The notes beneath the pieces were generated by a model. The model was not told the DNA's origin, ran no database searches, and saw only the letters and a list, made by a program, of their open reading frames with translations. From positions 914 to 64,913 of the forward strand of contig JBBDML010000028.1 in assembly GCA_040878345.1 (NCBI GenBank): DNA of 64,000 nucleotides. The letters are read 5' to 3'. Source of the stretch: Acidimicrobiia bacterium. Its GTDB lineage: Bacteria > Actinomycetota > Acidimicrobiia > Spongiisociales > ZC4RG35. The position numbers and the translations under genes were made by a program. Below, in pieces: positions 30,541 to 39,030 of the stretch (position 1 is its first letter; the number at the start of each line of letters is the position of its first letter).

Positions 30541-31272
30541 GTGACCCTCGTCTTAATCGCCTTGATCGGTGGCCTGATCGGTCTGGCCGCTCATGACCTC
30601 GCCATCCAGGGCTTGACCGACGACATGCCGCTCCGGCCCTTGACCGGCACCTGCCCCCAGTGCCACCAGCGACGGGGCTGGCTCAAGGCACGCTGTGGTC
30701 AATGCGGCCGCCGGGTGCAGCGCGAGCCGGTGGTGGCGATCACCGGGGCCCTGGTGGCAGCCGGGTTCTACCTGGGTCTCGGGCTCACCTGGCTGCTCAT
30801 CCCATATCTCGGATTCCTCGCCCTGAGCATGGCCCTCCTTGTCACCGACCTCGAGGAATTCCGAATCGTCGACCGGCTGAACATCAGGGGGACATTGGTC
30901 CTGCTCGTCGCCCTCTCCGGAGTGGCGCTGGCGATTGGGGCTGGCGGGGCCCTGGTGAGGGGCCTCCTTGGCGCCGCCGCCTACTTCACCGGGGCAACGG
31001 CGATGTGGCTCTTGGTGCGAGGCCGGGGTTTCGGGGCCGGAGACGTCAAGCTGGCCCCTCTGCTCGGCTTGTTCACCGCCTTTGTCTCGTGGGGGACCCT
31101 CGGGTGGGCGGTGTTCGCCATGGCCGTGATCGGCGGGGCAGTGGGGATCGGGATGCTGGCGATGGGTGCAGCCAAGATGAAGACCGAGCTTCCCTATGGC
31201 CCGCCGATGATCATGGGCGCCTGGCTGGCGGTGGTGCTCGCCGGGATCGGGTCGATTCCACTTCCGTCGTAG
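30541..31272 (+). CDS. A24-family prepilin peptidase
   Basis: A polytopic membrane protein with an N-terminal CPQCHQ...CGQCG zinc-finger-like insert. It carries the first catalytic Asp region (LLVTDLEEFRIVD) and the GFGAGDVKL (GxGD) motif. Confidence 0.85.
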   Translation: MTLVLIALIGGLIGLAAHDLAIQGLTDDMPLRPLTGTCPQCHQRRGWLKARCGQCGRRVQREPVVAITGALVAAGFYLGLGLTWLLIPYLGFLALSMALLVTDLEEFRIVDRLNIRGTLVLLVALSGVALAIGAGGALVRGLLGAAAYFTGATAMWLLVRGRGFGAGDVKLAPLLGLFTAFVSWGTLGWAVFAMAVIGGAVGIGMLAMGAAKMKTELPYGPPMIMGAWLAVVLAGIGSIPLPS

Positions 31273-31282
31273 CATCTCGTCG

Positions 31283-32437
31283 ATGCTGAGATTCCTCACC
31301 GCCGGCGAGTCCCATGGCCCCGGCCTGGTGACCATCGTGGAGGGGCTCCCAAAGGGCCTCGAGGTGACATCCGACGACTTCTCGCGGGAGCTTGCCCGTC
31401 GCCGTCATGGGTACGGGCGCGGGGGCCGGATGCAGGTGGAGACCGATGACTTGGAGATCATCGCCGGGATTCGCCATGGGCGCACCCTCGGATCTCCGGT
31501 GTCGGTGATGGTGAGGAACACCGAATGGCCCAATTGGTCAGAAGTCATGGCGGTGGAGCCAAGGGGACCTGCAAAGGCCATCACCCGCCCACGCCCCGGC
31601 CACGCCGACCTCGCCGGGATGCTCAAGTTCGACACCGACGACGCCCGTGACATCCTGGAGCGAGCGTCGGCCAGGGAGACCGCCGCCAGGACCATCGCTG
31701 GGGTGCTTGCCCGAAAGGTGTTGGCCGCGGTGGGGGTCGACGTGGTCAGCCACGTGGTCTCGATCGGGGAAGTCAGAAGCGAGGGGCCTGCCCCGGGGGG
31801 CGATCAGGGCGCCGACGTCGATGCCAGCGAGGTGAGGTGCCTCGATCCGGGGGCCGAAATACGGATGATCGCCGCCATCGATCAGGCACGGGCGGCCAAG
31901 GACACCCTTGGCGGGGTCTTCGAGGTGCTCGCCTACGGGGTGCCACCGGGGATCGGGTCTCATGTCCACTACGACCGGCGTCTCGATTCCCTCCTCGCCC
32001 AGGCGGTGATGTCGATACCGGCGATCAAGGGCGTCGAGATCGGCGACGGGTTCGAGGTGGCAGCCCTGCCCGGTTCCAAGGCCCACGACGAGATCTACCT
32101 GACGGATGGGATCCTCGGCCGTGGCTCGAATCGTGCGGGAGGGGTCGAAGGCGGGATCAGCAACGGCGAGCCGATACGCGTGCGGGCTGCGATGAAGCCC
32201 ATCTCGACCCTCATGCGGCCCCTGCACACCGTGGACATGGCAACCGGGGAGGAGGCTCAGGCAGTGCGGGAACGCGCCGACGTGTGCGCGGTGCCGGCGG
32301 CGGCGGTGGTAGGCGAGCAGATGGTTGCCCTGACCATCGCCCCCGAGATGCAGCGAAAGTTCGGTGGCGACACCGTCGAGGAGTTCAGGGAGGCGGTGGA
32401 CCGGTACCGCCGGCGCCTGGCCGAGCGGGTCACATGA
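31283..32437 (+). CDS. aroC: chorismate synthase
   Basis: The N-terminus is MLRFLTAGESHGPGL, and RPGHAD and GGISNGEPI motifs are present. Confidence 0.96.
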   Translation: MLRFLTAGESHGPGLVTIVEGLPKGLEVTSDDFSRELARRRHGYGRGGRMQVETDDLEIIAGIRHGRTLGSPVSVMVRNTEWPNWSEVMAVEPRGPAKAITRPRPGHADLAGMLKFDTDDARDILERASARETAARTIAGVLARKVLAAVGVDVVSHVVSIGEVRSEGPAPGGDQGADVDASEVRCLDPGAEIRMIAAIDQARAAKDTLGGVFEVLAYGVPPGIGSHVHYDRRLDSLLAQAVMSIPAIKGVEIGDGFEVAALPGSKAHDEIYLTDGILGRGSNRAGGVEGGISNGEPIRVRAAMKPISTLMRPLHTVDMATGEEAQAVRERADVCAVPAAAVVGEQMVALTIAPEMQRKFGGDTVEEFREAVDRYRRRLAERVT

Positions 32438-32937
32438 CCCTTCTGTGGCTCATCGGGCTGATGGGGACCGGCAAGACCACGGCGGGGCGCAGGGCGTCCG
32501 AGATCCTCGGGGTGGGGTTCATCGACACCGATCAACTGGTGGAGGAGCGCGCAGGGATGCGGGTGCCCGACATCTGGGAGCTTGGAGGGGAGCCGCTGTT
32601 CAGGGAGCATGAGCGGTTGGCCATCGCCGGGATGAAAGGCCACACCGGCATCGTGGCTACAGGTGGCGGAGCTGTCCTCGACCCGACCTCCCGGGACGCA
32701 ATGAGGAGATCGGGACATGTGATCTGGTTGGAGGCGGCCCCGGAGATCATCGCCGGGCGGATCGCAGCGGGCGGTCGGCCTCTGCTGCTCCGCGAGGGCG
32801 CTCTCGAACTGACACTTCGGGAGCTCCTCGAGAAGCGAAGGGAGGCTTACGCCAGCGCGGCGACCGAGAGAATCGACACCGGACCGCTGGATGTGGAGGA
32901 AGTGGCCGCCGAGATAGCGACGAGATGGCCCGCCTGA
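32434..32937 (+). CDS. aroK: shikimate kinase
   Basis: The start overlaps the aroC stop as ATGA. The Walker A motif is LIGLMGTGKTT, and DTD and GGGAV motifs are present. I trimmed from the track ORF 31837. Confidence 0.92.
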   Translation: MTLLWLIGLMGTGKTTAGRRASEILGVGFIDTDQLVEERAGMRVPDIWELGGEPLFREHERLAIAGMKGHTGIVATGGGAVLDPTSRDAMRRSGHVIWLEAAPEIIAGRIAAGGRPLLLREGALELTLRELLEKRREAYASAATERIDTGPLDVEEVAAEIATRWPA

Positions 32938-33950
32938 CGGTCGCCGGGGTCACCGAGGTGATCATCGGGGCCGGCCTACCCGATGACCTGCTCCCTGAGA
33001 GCCCCAAACGACGCCAGGCCGCCATTCTGACCCAGCCGGCCGCTACTTCCCGGGCCCTCGAGATCGCCGGCCGGCTGAGAGGCGAGGGCATCCACAACGA
33101 GGTGATCGGGCTCCCGGATCGCGACGAGGCCAAGACCTTGGCGGTGGCTGCGTCGGTCTATGAGGCCCTGGCCCGCATGGGTCTGACCGTTCACGACACC
33201 GTCGTCGGGGTCGGCGGTGGGTCGGTCACCGACCTGGCCGGTTTCGTGGCCGGCACCTGGCTGAGGGGCGTGGAGGTGGTTCATTTCCCAACCACCTACC
33301 TGGGCGCGATCGATGCGGCTGTGGGAGGCAAGACCGGTGTCAACATCGCCGGCAAGAACCTGGTCGGGGTCTTCTGGCACCCGACGAGGGTGGTGGTGGA
33401 CACCCAGCTGCTCCAGCTCCTTCCGCCGGGCCTGATCCGTGAGGGCCTGGCCGAGGCATACAAGGCCGGGTTGGTCGGTGACCCCGAGCTGGCCGACCTG
33501 CTCACCACCAAGGGCCGGGAGGCCCCGATAGACGAGGTGGTATCCCGCGCCCTGGCCGTCAAGATCCGGCTGGTGGATCTGGACCCTCTGGACCGGGGGG
33601 TGAGAGCCTTTCTCAACTTCGGGCACACCATCGGGCACGCCATCGAGTACGCCTCTCCTCTCTCACATGGGGAGAGCGTCGCGCTGGGGATGGTCGGCGC
33701 CTCGAAGGTGTCCGAGGCCCGAGTGGGATTCGCCTCCCATGACCAGGTGGTCGGCACCTTGGCAACCCTGGGGCTTCCGATCTCTGCAGACGGGTTGGAT
33801 GTCGCCCGAGTGCGCGACCTGGTGAATCGTGACAAGAAGAGGGATGAGCGCGGGAGCCGGATGGTCCTGCTCAGGGCCATAGGTGACCCTTTCGTGACCC
33901 ATGTCTTCGAGGACGACGTGCAGATGGCGCTGGGCGCGATCGGCATCTGA
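32925..33950 (+). CDS. aroB: 3-dehydroquinate synthase
   Basis: GGGSVTDLAGFVA, VGGKTGVN and FGHTIGHAIE motifs. Confidence 0.95.
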   Translation: MARLTVAGVTEVIIGAGLPDDLLPESPKRRQAAILTQPAATSRALEIAGRLRGEGIHNEVIGLPDRDEAKTLAVAASVYEALARMGLTVHDTVVGVGGGSVTDLAGFVAGTWLRGVEVVHFPTTYLGAIDAAVGGKTGVNIAGKNLVGVFWHPTRVVVDTQLLQLLPPGLIREGLAEAYKAGLVGDPELADLLTTKGREAPIDEVVSRALAVKIRLVDLDPLDRGVRAFLNFGHTIGHAIEYASPLSHGESVALGMVGASKVSEARVGFASHDQVVGTLATLGLPISADGLDVARVRDLVNRDKKRDERGSRMVLLRAIGDPFVTHVFEDDVQMALGAIGI

Positions 33951-33990
33951 GACGGGGTACCGTCCCGGCCGGAGTCTTCCAGGGAGCCCA

Positions 33991-34548
33991 TTGATCAGCA
34001 CCAACGACGTCCGGCCCGGCATGGCCCTCGACCTCGATGACGGCCTGTTCTCGATCGTCGAGTACCAGCACGTCAAGCCGGGAAAAGGCAGGGCCTTCGT
34101 GCGGATGCGGTTGAAGAGGCTGGATACCGGCCAGGTCCTCGATCGGACTTTCCGGGCCGACGAGAACGTCCAGCAGGCCAGGATCGATCGAGCCGACCAT
34201 CAGTATCTGTACACCGACGATTTGGGATACCACTTCATGAATCTCTCCGACTACGGCCAGGTGGTCCTGTCGGCAGAAGATGTCGGCGATGCAGCCGGGT
34301 ACCTCATCGACGGGATGACGGTGAGCATCGCCCTGTATCAGGGGACCGCCATCGGAGTCGAGCTCCCGGCTGCGGTGGAGATGGAGGTCACCTACGCAGA
34401 ACCAGCGGTCAAGGGCGACACCCGGACCTCTGCCACCAAGCTGGTGAGATTGGAGACCGGCATCCAAGTTCAAGTGCCGCTCTTCGTCGACCAGGGCGAC
34501 CGGATCAAGGTGGACACCAGGACGGGTGAGTACCTGACCCGGGCATGA
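33991..34548 (+). CDS. efp: elongation factor P
   Basis: In-frame TTG start giving (M)ISTNDVRPGMALDLDDGLFSIVEYQHVKPGKGRAFVRMRLK, with the KPGKG loop. Confidence 0.93.
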   Translation: MISTNDVRPGMALDLDDGLFSIVEYQHVKPGKGRAFVRMRLKRLDTGQVLDRTFRADENVQQARIDRADHQYLYTDDLGYHFMNLSDYGQVVLSAEDVGDAAGYLIDGMTVSIALYQGTAIGVELPAAVEMEVTYAEPAVKGDTRTSATKLVRLETGIQVQVPLFVDQGDRIKVDTRTGEYLTRA

Positions 34549-35087
34549 GCATCCCGAGGCCAATCACCATCGGGGCCGCCCTCACCGTCACACAGCTCGC
34601 AGGTGTCATCGGGCTCGAAATCTCAGAGGTGGAGGCGGTCTTGAAAGCGCAGGGTGAGCCCTCCGGCCCCGACGACATCGTCGCCGGCCACCTGGCGGTC
34701 GAGGTGGGGCGCGCCCTGGGAGTGGCCCTGGCGATCGAGGCCCGAGACCTCGCGCTGGAGTATCTGTACTCCTTCGAGACCTCGGGGAGCCCGCCGGAGA
34801 TGGAGGGCCGAGCCGGTCGGCTGGCTCGAGCGGTCCTCGATGACCTCGACGGGCTCGACTCTCGCATCGAGGAGGTCTCGGAGCACTGGTCCGTCTCCCG
34901 GATGCCGGTTGTCGACCGCAATGTCCTCAGGATCGCCTTGCACGAATTGGAGCACCATCCATCGATCCCCACCGCGGTGGTGGTCTCCGAAGCAGTGCGT
35001 CTGGCCAGCACCTACTCCACCGAGAAGTCGGCTTCGTTCGTCAACGGTGTCCTCTCCGCCTTGGCCCGCATCGCAAGAGGGGAGTGA
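34545..35087 (+). CDS. nusB: transcription antitermination factor NusB with an N-terminal extension of about 64 aa
   Basis: The NusB core runs from about residue 65 (ARDLALEYLYSFE ... DRNVLRIALHEL ... SEAVRLAS ... FVNGVL). The start overlaps the efp stop as ATGA, and G/C-rich third positions continue through the extension. Confidence 0.88.
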   Translation: MSIPRPITIGAALTVTQLAGVIGLEISEVEAVLKAQGEPSGPDDIVAGHLAVEVGRALGVALAIEARDLALEYLYSFETSGSPPEMEGRAGRLARAVLDDLDGLDSRIEEVSEHWSVSRMPVVDRNVLRIALHELEHHPSIPTAVVVSEAVRLASTYSTEKSASFVNGVLSALARIARGE

Positions 35088-35123
35088 GCTCGCCTCACCA
35101 CCGGTCTCCGGTTAACGTCGCTA

Positions 35124-35162
35124 GTGCCTTTAAGGACGGTCCAGTGAGGCCGGGAAGGAGCT
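35124..35162 (+). promoter_or_regulatory. PyrR-binding RNA element (pyr leader)
   Basis: The RNA GUGCCUUUAAGGACGGUCCAGUGAGGCCGGGAAGGAG contains UCCAGUGAGGC, which is one mismatch from the PyrR loop consensus UCCAGAGAGGC as I recall it. It is flanked by a CCUU...AAGG closing stem and lies 40-75 nt upstream of pyrR. Confidence 0.7.
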
Positions 35163-35199
35163 CGATGGGGATCACCCCACATCTGACCGGGGGGCGTAG

Positions 35200-35727
35200 A
35201 TGCCCCAGGTGATGAATGGCGACGACATAGAGCGCGCCATCCGACGCATTGCCCACGAGATCATCGAGACCCATCGTGGCGCCGAGGGCATGGTCATCGT
35301 CGGCCTGCGAACCAGGGGTGTACATCTGGCTCGGCGGCTGGGGGCCACTGTCGAAGGTTACGAGCACACCCTGGTGCCTGTCGGTGAGCTGGACGTCGGT
35401 GCCTATCGCGATGACCGGGCGACTCGGCCCGTGACCACCCCAGCCACGACCATCCCGGTCGACATCACCGATCGTCATCTGATCATCGTGGATGACGTTC
35501 TCTACACGGGCCGAACGGTGCGAGCCGCCCTGGACGCTCTCTCCGACATCGGCAGGGCGTCGACCACCGAGCTGGCGGTGATGGTGGACCGTGGTCATCG
35601 CGAGCTGCCGATCAGGGCGGACTACGTGGGCAAGAATCTCCCCACCTCCAAAGACGAGAGGGTCCATGTCCGGGTCATGGAAGTCGATGGCGATGAAGGT
35701 GTCTGGATCGAGAGACGGGCCGCATGA
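35200..35727 (+). CDS. pyrR: bifunctional pyrimidine operon regulator / uracil phosphoribosyltransferase PyrR
   Basis: IVDDVLYTGRTVRAA PRPP motif, 175 aa, first gene of the pyr operon. Confidence 0.95.
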   Translation: MPQVMNGDDIERAIRRIAHEIIETHRGAEGMVIVGLRTRGVHLARRLGATVEGYEHTLVPVGELDVGAYRDDRATRPVTTPATTIPVDITDRHLIIVDDVLYTGRTVRAALDALSDIGRASTTELAVMVDRGHRELPIRADYVGKNLPTSKDERVHVRVMEVDGDEGVWIERRAA

Positions 35728-36611
35728 AGTCGTTCCTGGGCGTCAGGCATCTCACTCGGGACGACCTGGAAGACCTCGTCGCTCGGGCGGCATGGTATGG
35801 GTCGACCCGGCTCGAGGCTCCAGGGCCGCTGGACGGCCTCACCATGGGAGCGCTGTTCTTCGAGCCCTCCACCAGGACACGGCTCTCCTTCGAGGTGGCC
35901 GCCCGCAGACTGGGGGCTCACACCCTCACCTTCTTCCCCGAGCAGTCTTCGCTGACCAAGGGCGAGACGCTCCAGGACACCGCGCTCACGGTGTCGTCGC
36001 TCGGCGTCGAGATCCTGGTGGTGAGGCATTCCACCGAAGGGGCTCCCGACTCGATCCATCGTTGGACCGGCCGGCCGGTGATCAACGCCGGGGATGGGGC
36101 GAACGAGCACCCCACACAGGCGCTCGGCGATCTCCTCACGCTGCAGCGCCGCTTCGGGACCATCGCCGGCCTCTCGGTGGCCATCGTTGGGGACGTCTCC
36201 CATTCCCGAGTCGCGGGCAGCCTGACGCACGCTCTGCCTACCCTGGGCGCCGAAGTCACCCTGGTGGGGCCTTCGGAACTGCTTCCGACCGCCACCGAGA
36301 CCGCTCTGTCGACCTCCGACGACTTCGACCGGGTCGTGGGCGGGGTGGACGTCGTGTACCTGCTCAGGGTTCAGAAGGAGCGCGGAGCCAACATCGACTC
36401 CGACTACAAAACGAGATTTCAGATGGGCGCGGATCGGGCTGCCCGGATGCGCACTTCGGCGGTGGTGATGCACCCCGGCCCGATGAACCGCGGCCTCGAG
36501 ATATCAGATGAGGTGGCCGACGGGCCTCGCTCTTTGGTGTTGGAGCAGGTGAGCAATGGTGTGCCGGCGCGGATGGCGGTGCTGGCGGCGATCGGGGAGG
36601 GTCTTCGATGA
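35724..36611 (+). CDS. pyrB: aspartate carbamoyltransferase catalytic subunit
   Basis: FFEPSTRTR and HPTQAL motifs. Confidence 0.96.
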   Translation: MKSFLGVRHLTRDDLEDLVARAAWYGSTRLEAPGPLDGLTMGALFFEPSTRTRLSFEVAARRLGAHTLTFFPEQSSLTKGETLQDTALTVSSLGVEILVVRHSTEGAPDSIHRWTGRPVINAGDGANEHPTQALGDLLTLQRRFGTIAGLSVAIVGDVSHSRVAGSLTHALPTLGAEVTLVGPSELLPTATETALSTSDDFDRVVGGVDVVYLLRVQKERGANIDSDYKTRFQMGADRAARMRTSAVVMHPGPMNRGLEISDEVADGPRSLVLEQVSNGVPARMAVLAAIGEGLR

Positions 36612-37870
36612 TCAGAATCGCCGGAGGCACGGTCCTGACCCCGGAGGGCATGATGCTCGCCGACGTTTGGGTGGCCGGTGACACAATCATTGCCCTCGGC
36701 AGCGAAGGGCCATCGGCCGTTCAGGTGGTAGATGCGACGGGCATGCTGGTGGGCCCGGGCCTCGTCGATCTGCACACCCATCTCCGTGAGCCGGGCCAGA
36801 CCTGGAAGGAAGACATCGAGAGCGGCACTCGGGCCGCTGCGGTGGGCGGCTACACGGCGGTGGTCGCCATGCCCAACACCATCCCGCCGATCGACTCCCC
36901 GGAAGTCGCTGCGGCGGTGACCGCATCGGGACGGTCTGCCGGCCTGGCGCTGGTGATGCCGGCTGGATCCCTGACAGCCGGAAGGTCGGGGAAGGCTCCG
37001 AGTGATGCCGAGGCCCTGTATCGGGCCGGCGTTCGTGTGTTCACCGACGATGGGGAGACTGTCTGCGACCCGAACGTGCTCGCCGAGGCGATGCGGAACC
37101 TGGCCCGACTGCCAGGGGCGGTGGTCGCCCAGCACGCCGAGGGCCCCCTCCTTACCCGGGGACCCCAGCTCCAAAATCGCGAAACGGCCAGGTCACCAGG
37201 GCCGGGAGACATGCCCTCGGATGCGGAGCACTCGGTGGTGGCCAGAGACCTCCAGCTCGCAGCGGAGTCCGGGGCCCACTATCACGTGCAGCACGTCTCG
37301 ACCGCCGAGACCGTGGCGCTGGTCAGGGCGGCAAAGACGGAAGGGCTGAGGGTCACCGCCGAGGTCACGCCTCATCACCTGTCGTTCGATGAGTCGGCCG
37401 CTGCCGGCCTCGACACCAACTTCAAGATGTACCCGCCGCTTCGTCCCTACTCAGACCGAATGGCGGTGACCGCGGCCCTGATCGATGGGACCATCGATGC
37501 GGTGGCCACCGATCATGCACCACACACCGTTGCCGAGAAAGCGGTGCCCTTCAGCGGAGCCCCTCGAGGGGTCATCGGTCTCGAAACCGCGGCGCCGGCG
37601 GTATGGGAGGTGATGTCGGACCCGGTCAGATTCTTCGAGGTCACCAGTGTCCTACCGGCGCGAATCGCCGGTCTGACACGACACGGAGTGCCGCTCACCG
37701 TCGGGTCTCCGGCCAACCTCGTGGTCTTCGACCCGAGCGCCCGGTGGGTTCCTGAGAGCTTCGTGTCGAAATCGTCGAACAGCCCCTACCTGGGCCGGAC
37801 GATGACGGGGAGGGCGATGCTCACCGTGTTCGAGGGCACCATCACACATCAGCTCGAGGGAGTGGCATGA
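36608..37870 (+). CDS. pyrC: dihydroorotase
   Basis: GLVDLHTHLREPG and TDHAPH motifs. Confidence 0.94.
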   Translation: MIRIAGGTVLTPEGMMLADVWVAGDTIIALGSEGPSAVQVVDATGMLVGPGLVDLHTHLREPGQTWKEDIESGTRAAAVGGYTAVVAMPNTIPPIDSPEVAAAVTASGRSAGLALVMPAGSLTAGRSGKAPSDAEALYRAGVRVFTDDGETVCDPNVLAEAMRNLARLPGAVVAQHAEGPLLTRGPQLQNRETARSPGPGDMPSDAEHSVVARDLQLAAESGAHYHVQHVSTAETVALVRAAKTEGLRVTAEVTPHHLSFDESAAAGLDTNFKMYPPLRPYSDRMAVTAALIDGTIDAVATDHAPHTVAEKAVPFSGAPRGVIGLETAAPAVWEVMSDPVRFFEVTSVLPARIAGLTRHGVPLTVGSPANLVVFDPSARWVPESFVSKSSNSPYLGRTMTGRAMLTVFEGTITHQLEGVA

Positions 37871-39030
37871 AGCCCCATCGACCCGCCCTCCTGGCCACCG
37901 CCGACGGCGCCGTCTTTCGGGGGCGCTCGGCGGGCGCCGCCGGCATCACCACAGGTGAAGCCGTGTTCAACACGGCGATGACCGGCTACCAGGAGATAAT
38001 CACCGACCCGTCCTATGCCGGGCAGGTGGTGGTGATGACCTCCCCTCACATCGGCAACTACGGGGTGAGCTCTCACGACCTCCAATCACTTCGGCCAGCG
38101 GTGAGTGGATTGGTGATGCGGTCGATGGCCCGGAGGCAGTCAAATTGGCGGGCAGAGGGAAGCCTCGATGACTTCCTCCTCGACCACGGCGTGGTCACGG
38201 TGAGCGAGGTCGACACCCGCAGGCTCACCCGTCATATCCGCGACCGGGGTGCGATGCCAGTGGCGATGGGGACCGATGTCGACGAGGTCGAACTCCTGGA
38301 GCTGGCGGCGAAGGCTCCTCGGATGGAGGGCCTGGACCTTGCCTCTGGGGTCAGCACACCGGTGCCCTACCGTGTGGAGACCCGGCTGGACCCGAAGGGG
38401 CTGGTGGTGGCGGTGGATCTCGGGATCAAGACCGACATCCTGACCAACCTCACCGGCCGTGGCTACCACGTCGCAGTAGTGCCGGCTCGGTCGACCGCCG
38501 CAGAGGTGCTGGCGATGCGGCCCGATGGAGTCTTCGTATCGAATGGGCCGGGTGACCCGGAGCCCCTGGTCACCGCCACCGAGATGCTCCGCGGCGTCTT
38601 GGGAAAGGTGCCGGTGTTTGGGATCTGCCTCGGCCATCAGGTGCTGGGCCTGGCGGTCGGGGCCCGGACCTACAAGCTCCCGTTCGGGCATCACGGTGGG
38701 AATCACCCGGTTCGTCGTCTCGACGATGGCAGGGTCGAGATCACCTCCCAGAACCACGGATTCGCCGTTGATCTCTGGCCCATGACCGGGGAGGAAGCCC
38801 CCGCCCGTCACGGCCTGGTCGGCCCTGAGCTGCTCCCAGCGGTGGTCGACACCGATTACGGCACACTGCGGTCGACCCACCAGAACCTCAACGACGGCAC
38901 GTTGGAGGGTATGGCGCTCGATGCTGCCGGGGCGTTCTCCGTTCAGTACCACCCGGAGGCGGCGCCGGGCCCACGAGATGCCCGGGGGCTCTTCGACCGG
39001 TTCACCACTCTCATCGAGGGGCGTGACTGA
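37867..39030 (+). CDS. carA: carbamoyl-phosphate synthase small subunit
   Basis: GICLGHQ catalytic Cys and the QYHPEA motif. Confidence 0.96.
   Translation: MKPHRPALLATADGAVFRGRSAGAAGITTGEAVFNTAMTGYQEIITDPSYAGQVVVMTSPHIGNYGVSSHDLQSLRPAVSGLVMRSMARRQSNWRAEGSLDDFLLDHGVVTVSEVDTRRLTRHIRDRGAMPVAMGTDVDEVELLELAAKAPRMEGLDLASGVSTPVPYRVETRLDPKGLVVAVDLGIKTDILTNLTGRGYHVAVVPARSTAAEVLAMRPDGVFVSNGPGDPEPLVTATEMLRGVLGKVPVFGICLGHQVLGLAVGARTYKLPFGHHGGNHPVRRLDDGRVEITSQNHGFAVDLWPMTGEEAPARHGLVGPELLPAVVDTDYGTLRSTHQNLNDGTLEGMALDAAGAFSVQYHPEAAPGPRDARGLFDRFTTLIEGRD

Noticed and set aside
30541-31272. Interpreting the prepilin peptidase as evidence of a type IV pilus, Tad or competence locus.
   Set aside because: No pilin, ATPase, platform or secretin gene is present in the window. 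Only the peptidase itself can be supported.
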